DNA of 64,000 nt from the human T2T-CHM13v2.0 reference genome, Homo sapiens, in the NCBI RefSeq assembly GCF_009914755.1, contig NC_060932.1; one strand, 5' to 3'. The position numbers and the translations under genes are program-made. The notes under the pieces were generated by a model. It worked only from the letters and a program-made list of their open reading frames with translations, was not told where the DNA came from and searched no databases. Positions 50,212 through 64,000 of this stretch are shown in pieces; position 1 is the first letter of the stretch, and each line of letters opens with the position of its first letter.

Positions 50212-51516
50212 TCACCCAATCTTAACAACAAAGAAAAAAGTATACTGGAAGAAAAAATCTAACAAGCAAACAAAAAACCTATAGATACTCAGGAACTTGT
50301 GGGACTGTACCAATAATCTACATTTATGTAGGGAGGAAGAAAGAACGTGGTAAGCAAAAAAAAAAAAAAAAAAAAAAAAAAAGGTAAATACAATAGTCTC
50401 ATTTTCTTCTTGAGTTTTCTAAACTATATTTGATTGTTGAATGAAAAATTATACCATCTGAAGTAGTTCTAAATGTAGAGAAAATATTTAAATTATATTA
50501 GAAACAAGGGAGTGTACAAGGATATAAAGGGAGATAAAACTTTTTCATTTGGACTGATAAAATGATTCAAGTAGACTGAGAAAAGTCTATTTAACTTATT
50601 ACCTAAGGTAACCTCCAAGGAGCCCATACATTTAAAAGCACCACAGATAAATGAAAAATGAATTCCATAAAATGTTCAATTAACACACAAGAAGACAGGA
50701 AAAACCAAACAGAGAAATATAAACAAGGAACACAAGAAGAAAACATAGAAAACAAGCAAAAATGCAGGCTTGAGCCCTAGCATATAAATAATTATATTAA
50801 ATGTAAATGATCTAAATATACCAATTAAAAGACAGAGACTGGTAAAATATATTAAAACATGACCCAACTATAGGCCATCTATAAAATTTACTTCAAATAT
50901 CACTACATAAATAAGTAGAATGTAAAAGGATGGAAAAAGACATATTGTGAAAGCATTAACCAACAGAAAGAAAGGATGACTATATTAAAATCCAATGAAA
51001 TAGGATTCAGAGCAAAGAAAATTACCGGAGACAGAGTCTGATATATACAATAATAAAAGGGTCAATCCTGCAAGTAGACATATCAATCCTACATATGTAT
51101 GTACCAACCACAGAGCTGTAAAATATGTGAAGCAACAACTTACACAATTAAAAGTAGAACTAGGTAAACCCACAATTATAGTTTGAGACTTCAATGTTCC
51201 TCTTTTAGCAAGTGATTTAAAAACTAGACAGAAAATCAGCAAGGATATAAAAGAAGTCAACGATGTCATCAACCAACAGAATATAATCAACATGTATAAC
51301 ATTCCACCCAACAACAGTAGAATATGCATTCTTTTAAAGTTCTCATGGAATATACACCAATGTAAATCATATCCTGGGCTATAAGGCAAACTTTAACAAA
51401 CTTTAAATATTTGGATTGTAAAGAGTACCTTCTGCTACAATGGAATCAAACTAGAAATCAGTAGTAAAATTATAACCAGAAAATCTCCAAACACTTGGAA
51501 ACTAAACAGTGCACTT

Positions 51517-53496
<1,980 letters not shown>

Positions 53497-55781
53497 CTAA
53501 ACAATGCACTTTTAAGTAACCCATGAGTCAAAGAGGAACTGTCACATGAAATTGCAAAAATATGTTGAGCTAAATGAAAACCAAAATACGATGTACCAAA
53601 ACTTTTGGTACATAACTAAAGCAGTTCTGAGAAGGAAATTTATGGCACTAAATATATATATTGGGAATGAGGAAAGCTCTCAAATCTATCATTTAAGCTC
53701 CCACCATAAGAACTTAGAAAAGGAAGAGCAAAAGAATCCAAAGCAAGCAGAAGAAAATGAAATAACAAAGAGTAGAAATCAATAAAAACAGAAAAAAAAA
53801 AGAAAAATCAATAAAACAAAGAAATGATTCTTTGACAAAATGAATAAAATTGGCAAACCTCTAGCTAGACTGACAAAAAAGAGTGAAGACTCAGTGTCAA
53901 TATCAGGAGTGAAATATGGGCTATCACTATAGACTCTGTAGACCTCAGAAAATAATATAGAAATATTGTGTCCAACTCTACACACATTATGTTGATACTT
54001 TAGATGAAACTGACTGACTCCTGTAAAAACACAAATTACCACTACTCATCTAATAAGAAATAGGAAATTTGTATATCCTATACCTATTAAATACATCAAA
54101 TTCATAATTTAAAAACTCTTAAAAATAAAATCTCTAGGCCTAGGTGGTTTTATTAAAATATTCTACCAAATATTTAAGAAAGAATTAACATAAATTCTAC
54201 AAAATATTTTCTGGAAAACAGAAGTGAAACAGTGAGGGGGAGTCATCCCAATTAATTTTATGAAGATAGTTTTACCCTGATAGCAAAACCATACAAAGAC
54301 AGTACAAGAAAGAGAGAGAGAGAACTATAGAATAATATCTTTTAGAAATATAGACAAAAAATTCCTAGCAAAATATTAGCATATAGAGTTCAGCAATATA
54401 TAAAAATTAATGCTACACCATGGCCAAGTGGGGTTTATTTCAAGGATACGAGACTGGTCCAATACTTTGAACCAGACTTCTAAGCCAGCTAAAAAGGAAC
54501 TACATTATTAGCCAGATAGAGAAGAAAAATCATATTATCACATAACTCAATACAGAAAAAGAATTTCATAGAATATTTTAATAAAACCATCTGATAAAAT
54601 TTCTCAGAGAAATAGGAATAGAAGGAGACTTTCTCAACTTCATAATCAGTATCTACAAAAATCCACAGGTAACATTATATTAGTGGTGAAAGACTGACAT
54701 CTGCAAATAAGGTCAGTTTTATTTCTTCCTTTCTAATCTCTATGTCTTGTATTTTCTTACCTTACTGTACTGGCTAGAACATCTAGCATTATGTCAAACA
54801 AGAATGGTGAGAGAAGACATTTTTATCTTGTTCCCAATCTTAGGGGAAAAGACTGACCCTATTTGCAGATGACACGACTATATACACAGTAATTCCCAAC
54901 TCCCTCTTCAAAACAATGACAGAAAAACTTACAGAAGATCCTAGAATACAAGATAAACACACATCAATTATATTTCATATACTAGCAATAAACACACGAA
55001 CAACAAAATTAAAAATGCAACACCATTTACAATCTCTCAGAAAACATGAAGCCCTTAAGTGTAAATCTAGCCCATCATGTTGAAGACTTGTATGCTGAAA
55101 ACAACAAAATGCTGATGAAAGAAATCAAAGAAGATCTAAGTAACTAATAAGGACATACAATGTTCATGGGTCAGAAGACTTCACAATGTAAGGATATTAA
55201 TCCTCTGCAAAATGATATACAGGTTTAATTCAATTCCTATCAAAATCCTAGCAAGATTTTTATAGTTGTAGATAAGATTATTCTAAGATTTATAAGGAAA
55301 GGCAGAAGAGGTAGAATAGCTAAAACAATTTTGAGCATGGGAAGAAATTAGTCTACTCAATTTCAAGAATTTTTATATGGCTGTAGTAACTAAGACTTGT
55401 GGCAGAATAGACACATAAGTAAATGAAACAGAATACAGAATGCAGAAATAGGCCTACCCAGATAAAGCCAATTGATTTTTGACAAAAGTACAAGAGCAAT
55501 TCAATGGAGGAATTATAGCCTTTTCAACAAATGGTGCTAGAACAATTGGACTTCCACAGGCAAAAAATAATAATAAATTGAACATTATTAAAGTGAAAAG
55601 CTTTTGCTCTGCAATATGCCCTGTTAATACAATAAAAACATGGGCTAGTGACTGGACAAGAGTATTTGCAAACCACAGTTCCAACAATGGATATCTACAT
55701 TATATGAAAACATCTCAAACCTCCATGGTAAAAAAAAAAAAAAAAAAAAAAAATCCAATTACAAAATGGGCAAAAGTCATG

Positions 55782-56077
<296 letters not shown>

Positions 56078-57039
56078 TCATGAAGAAACATTTCACCAAA
56101 GAGTATACAGGTTGGAAATAACCACAAATAACCACATGAGATGTTCAACATCATTAGGCAATGGGGAATACAAATTAAAACCACAATGAGACATCACTAG
56201 ATATCTAACTGAATGGCTAAAGTGAAAAAAAATAGAGACACCACCGAGTGTTGACCATGACACAGAGAAACTGGATTACGCACAAATTGGTAATGAGAGT
56301 ATAAAAAGCAATATACAACCACTCTGGGAAATATTTAGGCAGTTTCTTAAAATAAAAGTAAACATGCAACTACCATACTCCTGGATGTTTATCCCAAAGA
56401 AATGAAGACTTCTGTTGACACAAAAACTTATACATGAATTTTCATAGCAGCCGTAGCCATAATAGTCAATAAATAGAAACAACACAGATGTGAAAGACAT
56501 CTGCAAATGATTGTTTAAACAAACTGTGGTACATCCATATCATGAAACACTCCTAAGCAATAGAAAGGAACAAACTATTAATACATATGGCAATCTGAAG
56601 GAATTTCCAAAGAATTCTGTTGAGTCAAAAAAGGCAACCTCATTATGGAACATTCTTGAAAAACATTATGGAAGTGGATTAGTGGTTGCCAGGAGTTAAG
56701 AGAGGGTCATTAGAAGGAAGTGAGTGTGTCTATACAAAGGCATGATGGATCCCTGGGGTGATGCAAAGACTCTGTATTCTGCCTGTACCAATGTCAATAC
56801 CCTGGTTGTGCTATGTACTACAGTTACACGCAATGTTATCATTAGAGAAAACTAAGTAAAGGGAATCTCTTTATTAGTTCTTGCAACTGCATGTCACTCT
56901 ATAATAATCCCAAAATAAAAAGTTTAAAACAGCAAAAAGATATGGTCAATTTGATGTGTAATGCATGTAATGTGATGATTACTGAAAGAACCTTGCCTGG
57001 AGGGGACGAGGCATGGATATAAATTCCTTCTGTGTCTAC

Positions 57040-58080
57040 AAAAAGCCATGCTATCTTAAGCAGACCCCTGGCTTTTTGGGGTCTCAGTTTTCTCATCTGT
57101 TAAGTGAGATATTTGAGCTAAATCATCTGTAAATGCTTTTCTATTTAATGTAGAACGTGCAGATGGGACAGAGAATCACTGGTGGAGACTGATCCCAAAG
57201 TGGCCAGAGTGCAAGGTGCTTTATGGCACTGCACCAGTTCCCTATGAAACCATACACATCTCATTGAGTAAGGAAGGAAGCTGCCTGTGACTGAGACTCT
57301 GAAATGGACCAGGTACAACAGTAAGCATGCCACACATGTGATATTACTTAGACAAAGCACCAATAACAAACATATACATATTTTTATTTCCATCTTTTTC
57401 AGGGAGGAAACTGAGTCTTGAAGAGATTGTGTAACTTTGCAGTGAGTGCAAACCGTAGTAATTACAAAGTGTGAATTAAAAACCCAAAATGCTGCCTGCT
57501 AGCAGAGTGGTAAATTATTTAACCTCTGTAAGCCTCTGTTTCCTTACTTGCAAAACAAATAAAACAGTTCCTGTTTTTCTGTGAAGAGTAGTTAGGATTA
57601 CGCATGTGAAGCCTTAACATAAAATTTACTACATGATGAATATTCAAAAATTTTTTGAGATCATCATCATTGTCATCATCATCACCAGAGTTTCAGTCTG
57701 GACGTTCTGTTTTCAAAGTTCACATTCTGGACTTTCAGTCCTGGCAGTTGCTGCATTCTCCCTGGGCAACTCCATGAAGCCCTTTCTGATAAGATGGGAA
57801 AGGAGAAGGTAGAAAAGAAAGCCCAGCTCTAGCTATATCAGTTCTCAGCAGTTGTTTTAACTCACCTCAGAGATGACGTAATCCTAGTAATCAGCAGTTT
57901 TGCATACCTTCTCCCATACCTCCTTCACCTACATCCCTGACTCTCAGTCATCCCCCACCACAGACAAATCTGCTTATTTCATAGATGGGAAAACAGGACA
58001 GGTGGAGTGGAGAGCTTGATCCAGGTTACACAGCTAGTCAGAAATGAAACCCAGGACTGGAGCCCCAGCCTTCCATTTCA
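57040..58080. mobile_element. Cluster of MIR/MIR3 fragments in both orientations
   Basis: ctcagttttctcatctgttaagtgag (~57083); gaggaaactgagtc (~57403); ttatttaacctctgtaagcctc (~57515); ggttacacagctagt (~58024). Confidence 0.6.
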
Positions 58081-59559
58081 TTTCCATGTTCCCTCCCTCA
58101 ACCAGGAACTGGTGCCCAGGCACATCCTCTCCTTGTGCAGAATGTGCCCATGGTATCAATGATGTTCAGGAGAGTTCATGAGAAAGGAAGATAAATGGAC
58201 ATGATGTAGTTGGGGAAGACCTTTTGGAATAAAAGACTTGAGTTAGGTCCTGAATGAACAGAGGATGTCTGTAGGGGGAGGGGAGTGGGGAAAACCATTC
58301 AGGCCAAGGAGTCACGGGAGGGAAAGTATGGAAGTGGAGATACCTATGCTCAGGATCAGACAAAAGAATCAACAGACATGCGTCTCAAGCCTGCTCCCTG
58401 CTCTCATTCTGACGAACTGACCTGAGCAGTGTCGCCCCTTAAGCTTTCCCATCTTTAGAATCAGAGACTTGAATTCCTAGCGTGACTTCTCTCATGGTGG
58501 TGCTGAAGACAGGATGTGATCAGGACTAGGGTTCTCTGTAAACTGTAAGGAGATGGCTCCAGGTACAGGGTCACTGGCGGCAGTGGGGAACCTCAGGAGG
58601 TAAGTTTAGGGAATCTTGAGGACCAGGCTATGGAGTTTGGAAAGCAACCTCTAGAGCTGGGAGAGGAAACTGCTCCCTCTAGGCATGGCCAGCTCCATTC
58701 CTGCCAGCAAGAACAAGGACATCAGGTCAAACACAATGACCTGTAAAGTCATCGGAGGGTCCTACAGGCTTTGATTTCCAAGCCAGGGATGCACCAGCAG
58801 TTCTCCTCCCAGATCCTCATGGAGAGCTAGACATGGACGTGAAGGCATGCGGGGATCCCTGACCGCTACACTCATTGTTGCATTTCCCACAGGCTCTCCA
58901 AGGCTTCCCTACTGGCCTTCCAAATAGGAATAAAGACAGGTACCTTTGAAGCACATTTGAATGGGTTTAGGAGACTGTAAAGTACTGTCCCTACGGAAGA
59001 GCTGGCAACTTCTGGGAGCAGAGACATCTGGGCCTTTGATGGCAGGTATCTGCCTATACCGACCCTCCTGGTTCTTCTCTTGGGGCCCACGCTTTCCCAA
59101 GTCTCAAAGGGGATTACGCTGCAGAAGAAGGCAGAGTGCTGCTCAGGCTTAACTGAGCTCGCAGGCTGGTATTCTCTCCCCATATCTTCTAATTAATAGT
59201 CAGGATTAACAGCTGCTGCTGCTGGGCCTAAGCCATCTAATCACAGCCACACAGGCTCCTGGGTGCTCAGACTTCCCCGCGCTCCGCAGCCTCCCCCAAC
59301 CCTTGGAGAAATGCATTTGGAAATTAAAACAACAACAAAAACTAGAAGAAATCCATCCCCCGTCTCCAGCCCCAGTGCCTCCTGGGATCGGAACTGTGCC
59401 TGCCTCTCACCTCTCTGAGATGAAAGCAAAAAGTGCCACTTCCCTGGGGCCCCTCTGGGTTGGGAGGGTTTCAAAGCTTTGCTGAGAAGGGACAAGATGC
59501 CTGTCATTCCAGCCCACAGGCAAAACACAACCCGAGAAAGCAAACCACCTATATGATAA

Positions 59560-59760
59560 TAATAATAATAATGTTATAATTTTTATGCTAACATTTGATT
59601 TCTAAGTGTTTTACATGAATTAAATTATTTCATATGCACAAAGCCTCAGTAATATATTACCATTCCTCTTTTATAGACCAGTAAGGGAGGAACAAAGAGG
59701 TTACATCACTTGGCCCCAGTCACACAGCTTGTTAGTAATGGAGATGAAATTTGAAAACCA
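59560..59760 (-). mobile_element. MIR
   Basis: ttctaagtgttttacatgaatta...gaggttacatcacttggccccagtcacacagcttgttagt. Confidence 0.7.
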
Positions 59761-60707
59761 TGCAGGCTCAAAGAAGAAAGCCTGTAAGCCCAGGTATCCC
59801 CATCCTCTCATCCAACTCACAAAACCATGCCACTGTGGGAGCAGAAGTTGGGAGTCCAGAGACCTGTCTTTCGACTTCCCTTTGTAGGGGTGACTCCAGC
59901 AGCACCTGAGTCACCTCTACAAACCCTGGGGCTATGAGGCACACACACTGCAAACTCTGGTAGTAAGCCCTCTGCTGGTCATGTTGGCAGGGCCCAGAGC
60001 TGGGTCCCAGGGTCAATGACTGACATCTCTGGAGACACAGGAAACCATGAATGAGTGGTCAGGGACCCTGAGAAGCTGCTCAGCCTGCACTGATTCCTTC
60101 AGGGGCCTGCCCTTGGGGAAGGATTCCTGCCCCCTCCCATGGATCTGGCCCACCAGGACCACACCTCCGGTGTGGATCAGACTTTGGTCTGCTCCCAATG
60201 GGCTCCACCTCCTTTTCTAACATACCTACACCCCCGTCTCATTTTATGCATCTGTGTTTCTCCACAAACATGGAAGGACCACCTACTAGACAGTCTGCTG
60301 GGGGCTGATGGTAAAAAGATAATGCAGTTTTCTTCCCTCAGTGGATACCCCTGTCAAAAGCTCCTCTTCCTACACTCTGCCACCCAGAGCTCCCACTGGA
60401 CCACTTCTCAGAAGAGGCTTTCATGCTTCTCATCTGGTACTTTCCATTTCTCAAGTGGCGATGATGCTCCTCTAGAGTCACATGATGCTGGAGCCCTGTT
60501 TCCAACCAGAACCAAATTCCAAGACACACTCAGCAAACAGACCTGCACTCTGCTGGGTCAATTTGATAAGCTAATTGGAACTGAAGTGTTACCTATCAAT
60601 GGTGAATCCATGAGGGTGCTGAGAGCAGTAGAAAAACACATAATTTGGTGTTAAATGGAAAAAAGTTTAAAGGCTAGTGAAGGCACTTCCTAGCTCTGGT
60701 GCTCTGA

Positions 60708-61204
60708 TAGGCAGCCTCTAAGAGGGCCCCCATTGGTATTCACACCCATCTGTAGCCCCTTCCCCTGGAGTGCAGACTTTCCCTTAACTTGCTTTAATGG
60801 GTGCAGTAGAGTAATGAGGTGTTACTTCCAAGATTAGGTTATAAAAAAGCTGTGGCTTTTATCTCAGGCACTCTGTTTCCTTGTCTCTAAGAGCCCCCAC
60901 TTTAGAGGAAGTTAGCTGCTATGCTGTAACATTATGGCAATGACCATGTGGCAAAGAACTGATATCTCTGGACAACAGCCAGGGAGGCCCTGACATGCAT
61001 GAGTTTACAAGCTGATCCTCCCCACCCCAACTCAACCTGGAGATGAATGCAGCCCCAGCCAGGACCCTGATTGCAGCCTGTGAGAGACCCTGAACCGGCT
61101 GAGCCCAGATTTCTGATCCACAGAAAGTGTGATAATAAAAGTGCAGTGTTTTAAGCTGCTAAGCTTTGGGGTAATTTGTCATGCAGCAATAGGTAACTAA
61201 TACA
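60708..61204 (+). mobile_element. MLT1F-type MaLR solo LTR
   Basis: taggcagcctctaaga...ttccaagattaggttataaaa...ttttaagctgctaagctttggggtaatttgtcatgcagcaataggtaactaataca. Confidence 0.85.
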
Positions 61205-61295
61205 CTAGCTGAGTGATAGTGAGCAGCTTTTTTCCTCACTTTACTATAGAACAAACTGAAACATATTTAAAAATAGGGAATAGTATAATAAATCT

Positions 61296-61838
61296 TGTGA
61301 TGGTTAATATTGTCAACTTAATCAAGTTGAAGGATGCAAAGTATTGTTCCTGGGTGTGTCTGTGAAGGTGCTGCCCAAGGAGATTAACATTTCAGTCAGT
61401 GGACTGGAAGAGGTAGACCCACCCTCAATCTGGGTGGGCACAATCTAATAGGCTTCCAGCAAGGCCAGAATAAAGGCAGGCAGAAGGTGGAAAGATGAGA
61501 CTGGCTAAGTCTTCTGGCCTCTATCTTTTCCCCGTGCTGGATACTTCCTGCCCTCGAACATCAGACTCCAAGTTCTTCAGCTTTTGGACTCTTGAGGCTA
61601 CGCCACTGGTTTGGCAGGGGCTCTCAGGCCTTTGGCCACAGACCAAAGGCTACACAGTCAGCTTCCCTACTTTTGAGGTTTTGAAGCTCAGACTGGCTTC
61701 CTTGCTCCTCAGATTGCAGATGATCTATTGTGGGAATTCACCTTGTAATCTTGTGGGTCAATACTCCTTAATAAACTCCATTTCACATATACATCTATCT
61801 TATTAGTTCTGTACCTCTAGAGAACCTTGATTAATACA
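61296..61838 (+). mobile_element. MLT2A (MLT2A1/A2) HERV-L solo LTR
   Basis: tgtgatggttaatat...gaaggatgcaaagtattgttcctgggtgtgtctgtga...ctctagagaaccttgattaataca; TG...CA termini. Confidence 0.93.
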
Positions 61839-62269
61839 AACCCCCATATGCCCACCACCTAGTTTCAACAATTATGCACACATAGCCAGTCTTGTTTTAT
61901 CTCTGTCCCCAATGTCCAAATTGCTTAACCTTCCTTGGCCTCTATTTCCTCATCTCTAAAATAATGTGGCTTAAAACATTTGCCTATCAGTGATTGCCTG
62001 AGTGAATACATACAGAGTGACTGGTATGGTGGCTCCCACACAGTACAAGATTGATGAACATCTACTCTTGCCTTTCCTTCCTTTCACATCTTAGAAAACT
62101 CAATTTGTACTGTGGCTTAAAGATGTGACCCATTAAATTACAGGTTGGTAAAGACGACCTTACAGTGACACAATGGCAAGGGCTTGGCAGGAAGATTTTG
62201 TTCAGACTCCTTATGTAGGCATCAGCAGGAAATTACCGTGGAAATGCCATTCTTCTGATCTTCCCTTCA

Positions 62270-63130
62270 TTAAGTAACAACACATTTTCTGAATGCCTGT
62301 CTTACCAGAACTAAATACAAGGGTGACCAGGGTAGGGTCCCTTGCCTTCAAAGAACACAACATCCTAGAGGGTAGAACCACACTTTAGTAACCATGATAG
62401 CACTTTTTTTGTTGTTGAATTATAGAGGTGCACACAAAGTCCTGAAGATCTCCAATCACATGTATGGGTGGTGGGGCAAGAAATAGTCTTTATTGATACA
62501 CTTTGAAGGCATATGGAACATTTGACCTTCTACAGAAAGTGTCTGCAGGCCAACAAGCAGATAAGGGCTGTCCAGATAGCCCCATGGAGGTTGAGAGGGG
62601 GCAAAGTGGATGGCATTTTAGTGACATGGCAGGGATGGAAACAGGAAAGTGGAGGCAGTAGACAAAAACCACTCCATGGAGAGGCTAGAGGCTAGAGGCT
62701 TTGGTGAAGATCAAATAAGAGGAAGCCAGGACTGGGTGGGGATTTATTTCTCGGATGGTGTGTAGACAGAGAAAGACCAGAGGAGACAGAAAAATTCAAA
62801 GTGGCAGGAGAAAGAAGTTAACTGACAGAGCCAAGTCCAGAGGGGATGAGACAAATTGGGATGAGGTGTGAGGTGTGGCAGAGCAGGGGTCCTCTTCTCT
62901 GAGATGGGTGGGAGGATCACTGGCAGCATTGAGATCTTTAGAGCTTCTTGTCTAAAGAATTCTGTTTTCTCGATTACTGAAAGTGAGGAGGGGTTTGGGG
63001 AAGGGTGGGACCATCACAGAGAAGTATTCACCATAGACAGAGAATGTCAATCACTTCGTTAGGTTCCATTCTTCTGGGAGGGAATGGGCAAAGAGAAGTG
63101 GCAGAGAGAAGTGGCAGATTCAGTGGACAA
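62270..63130 (-). mobile_element. Degraded L2 fragments
   Basis: cacattttctgaatgcct...ggtcccttgccttcaaagaac followed by purine-rich antisense L2-like sequence. Confidence 0.45.
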
Positions 63131-63142
63131 GGAAAAGAAAGA

Positions 63143-63519
63143 CGTTATGCACTGAACGTTTGTGCCCTCTCAAAATTCATGTGTCAAAACCAGGGATTAC
63201 CCCAGTGTGATGATATTTGCAGGTGGGGCTTTGGGAAGTAAGAAGTCTTAGATGAAGTCATGAGGATAGAGCCCTCCTGATTGAGATTAGTGCCCTTATA
63301 AGAGGCACAGGAGAACCTGCTTCTCCTCTCTCTTCTCTGTCATGTGAGCCTACAATGAAAAGTAGGCAGTCTGCAACCTGAAAGAGGACCCACCAAAGTC
63401 CTATCGTGCTGGATCCTTGATCTTGGACTTTCAGCCTCCAGAACTCTAAGACATAAGTTTCTGTTGTTTATAAGCCACCCAGTCTATGGCACTTTGTTAC
63501 AGCAGCACAAACTAAGACA
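63143..63519 (+). mobile_element. MLT1A-type MaLR solo LTR
   Basis: ctgaacgtttgtgccctctcaaaattcat...ttctgttgtttataagccacccagtctatgg...aactaagaca. Confidence 0.88.
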
Positions 63520-63634
63520 GAAAAGGTATGTTAGGAGCCTGAGACCTCCCAGGGAAAGGTATTTAGGGGAGAATGACAAACTGGACACTGTTGGGGATGG
63601 GGGGCAAGAATAGTACTAGGTTGAAAGGATAAAG

Positions 63635-64000
63635 ATGGTGCTGAATGTTTGTTTCCCATTCCAAAATTCATATGTTGAATTTTTGTATCTATATTTATAC
63701 GTTGAATATTCATATTTATATGTTGAAGCCCTAATCTCTCATGTGAGGGTATTTGGAGGTGGGGCCTCTGGGACATTGTTAGGCCATGAGGGTGGTGCTC
63801 TCATAAATGGGATTAGTGCCTTCAAAAAAAGGATTCTAGAGAGATCCTTCAGCCCTTCTGCCACGTGTAAGGACACAGCGAGAAGGTGGCTGTCTGCAAA
63901 CAAGGTAGTGAACCCTCAACCAGGACTAGAATCAGCTGGCTGGCACCTGGATCTTAGACCTTCCAGCCTCTAGAACTGTGGGAAATGCATTCACATTGTT
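63635..64000 (+). mobile_element. Second MLT1A-type LTR (runs off the window end)
   Basis: ctgaatgtttgtttccc...aaaattcatatgttgaa...tttggaggtggggcct...ttccagcctctagaactgtg. Confidence 0.85.

Noticed and set aside
63143-64000. Two MLT1A LTRs as the paired LTRs of one provirus
   Set aside because: Only ~115 bp apart with no internal sequence, and clearly diverged from each other

Overview
Primate (very probably human) euchromatic DNA that is intergenic or deep-intronic. It is dominated by interspersed repeats: Alus, a full-length L1PA7/8-type element (~18.4-24.7 kb), a near full-length old L1MC with nested insertions (~48.7-56.9 kb), MaLR/ERVL LTRs, a degraded ERVL gag-pro internal segment, and MIR/L2/hAT relics. 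I recognise no known protein-coding gene, structural RNA gene or CRISPR array, and most long ORFs in the track are L1/Alu-derived or chance. The most unusual structure is a ~3.2 kb cassette (28381-31627) holding two interlocked, ungapped inverted duplications in the order A-B-A'-B' (165 bp at ~83% and 175 bp at ~86% identity by hand count), with a perfect palindrome near the centre of B. Also notable are a 154-bp in-place inversion inside the old L1, a candidate spliced small ORF at 35.6-36.2 kb, and several motif-dense non-repetitive blocks that look like enhancers. Repeat subfamily names come from memory of consensus sequences, and the boundaries of ancient repeats are approximate.
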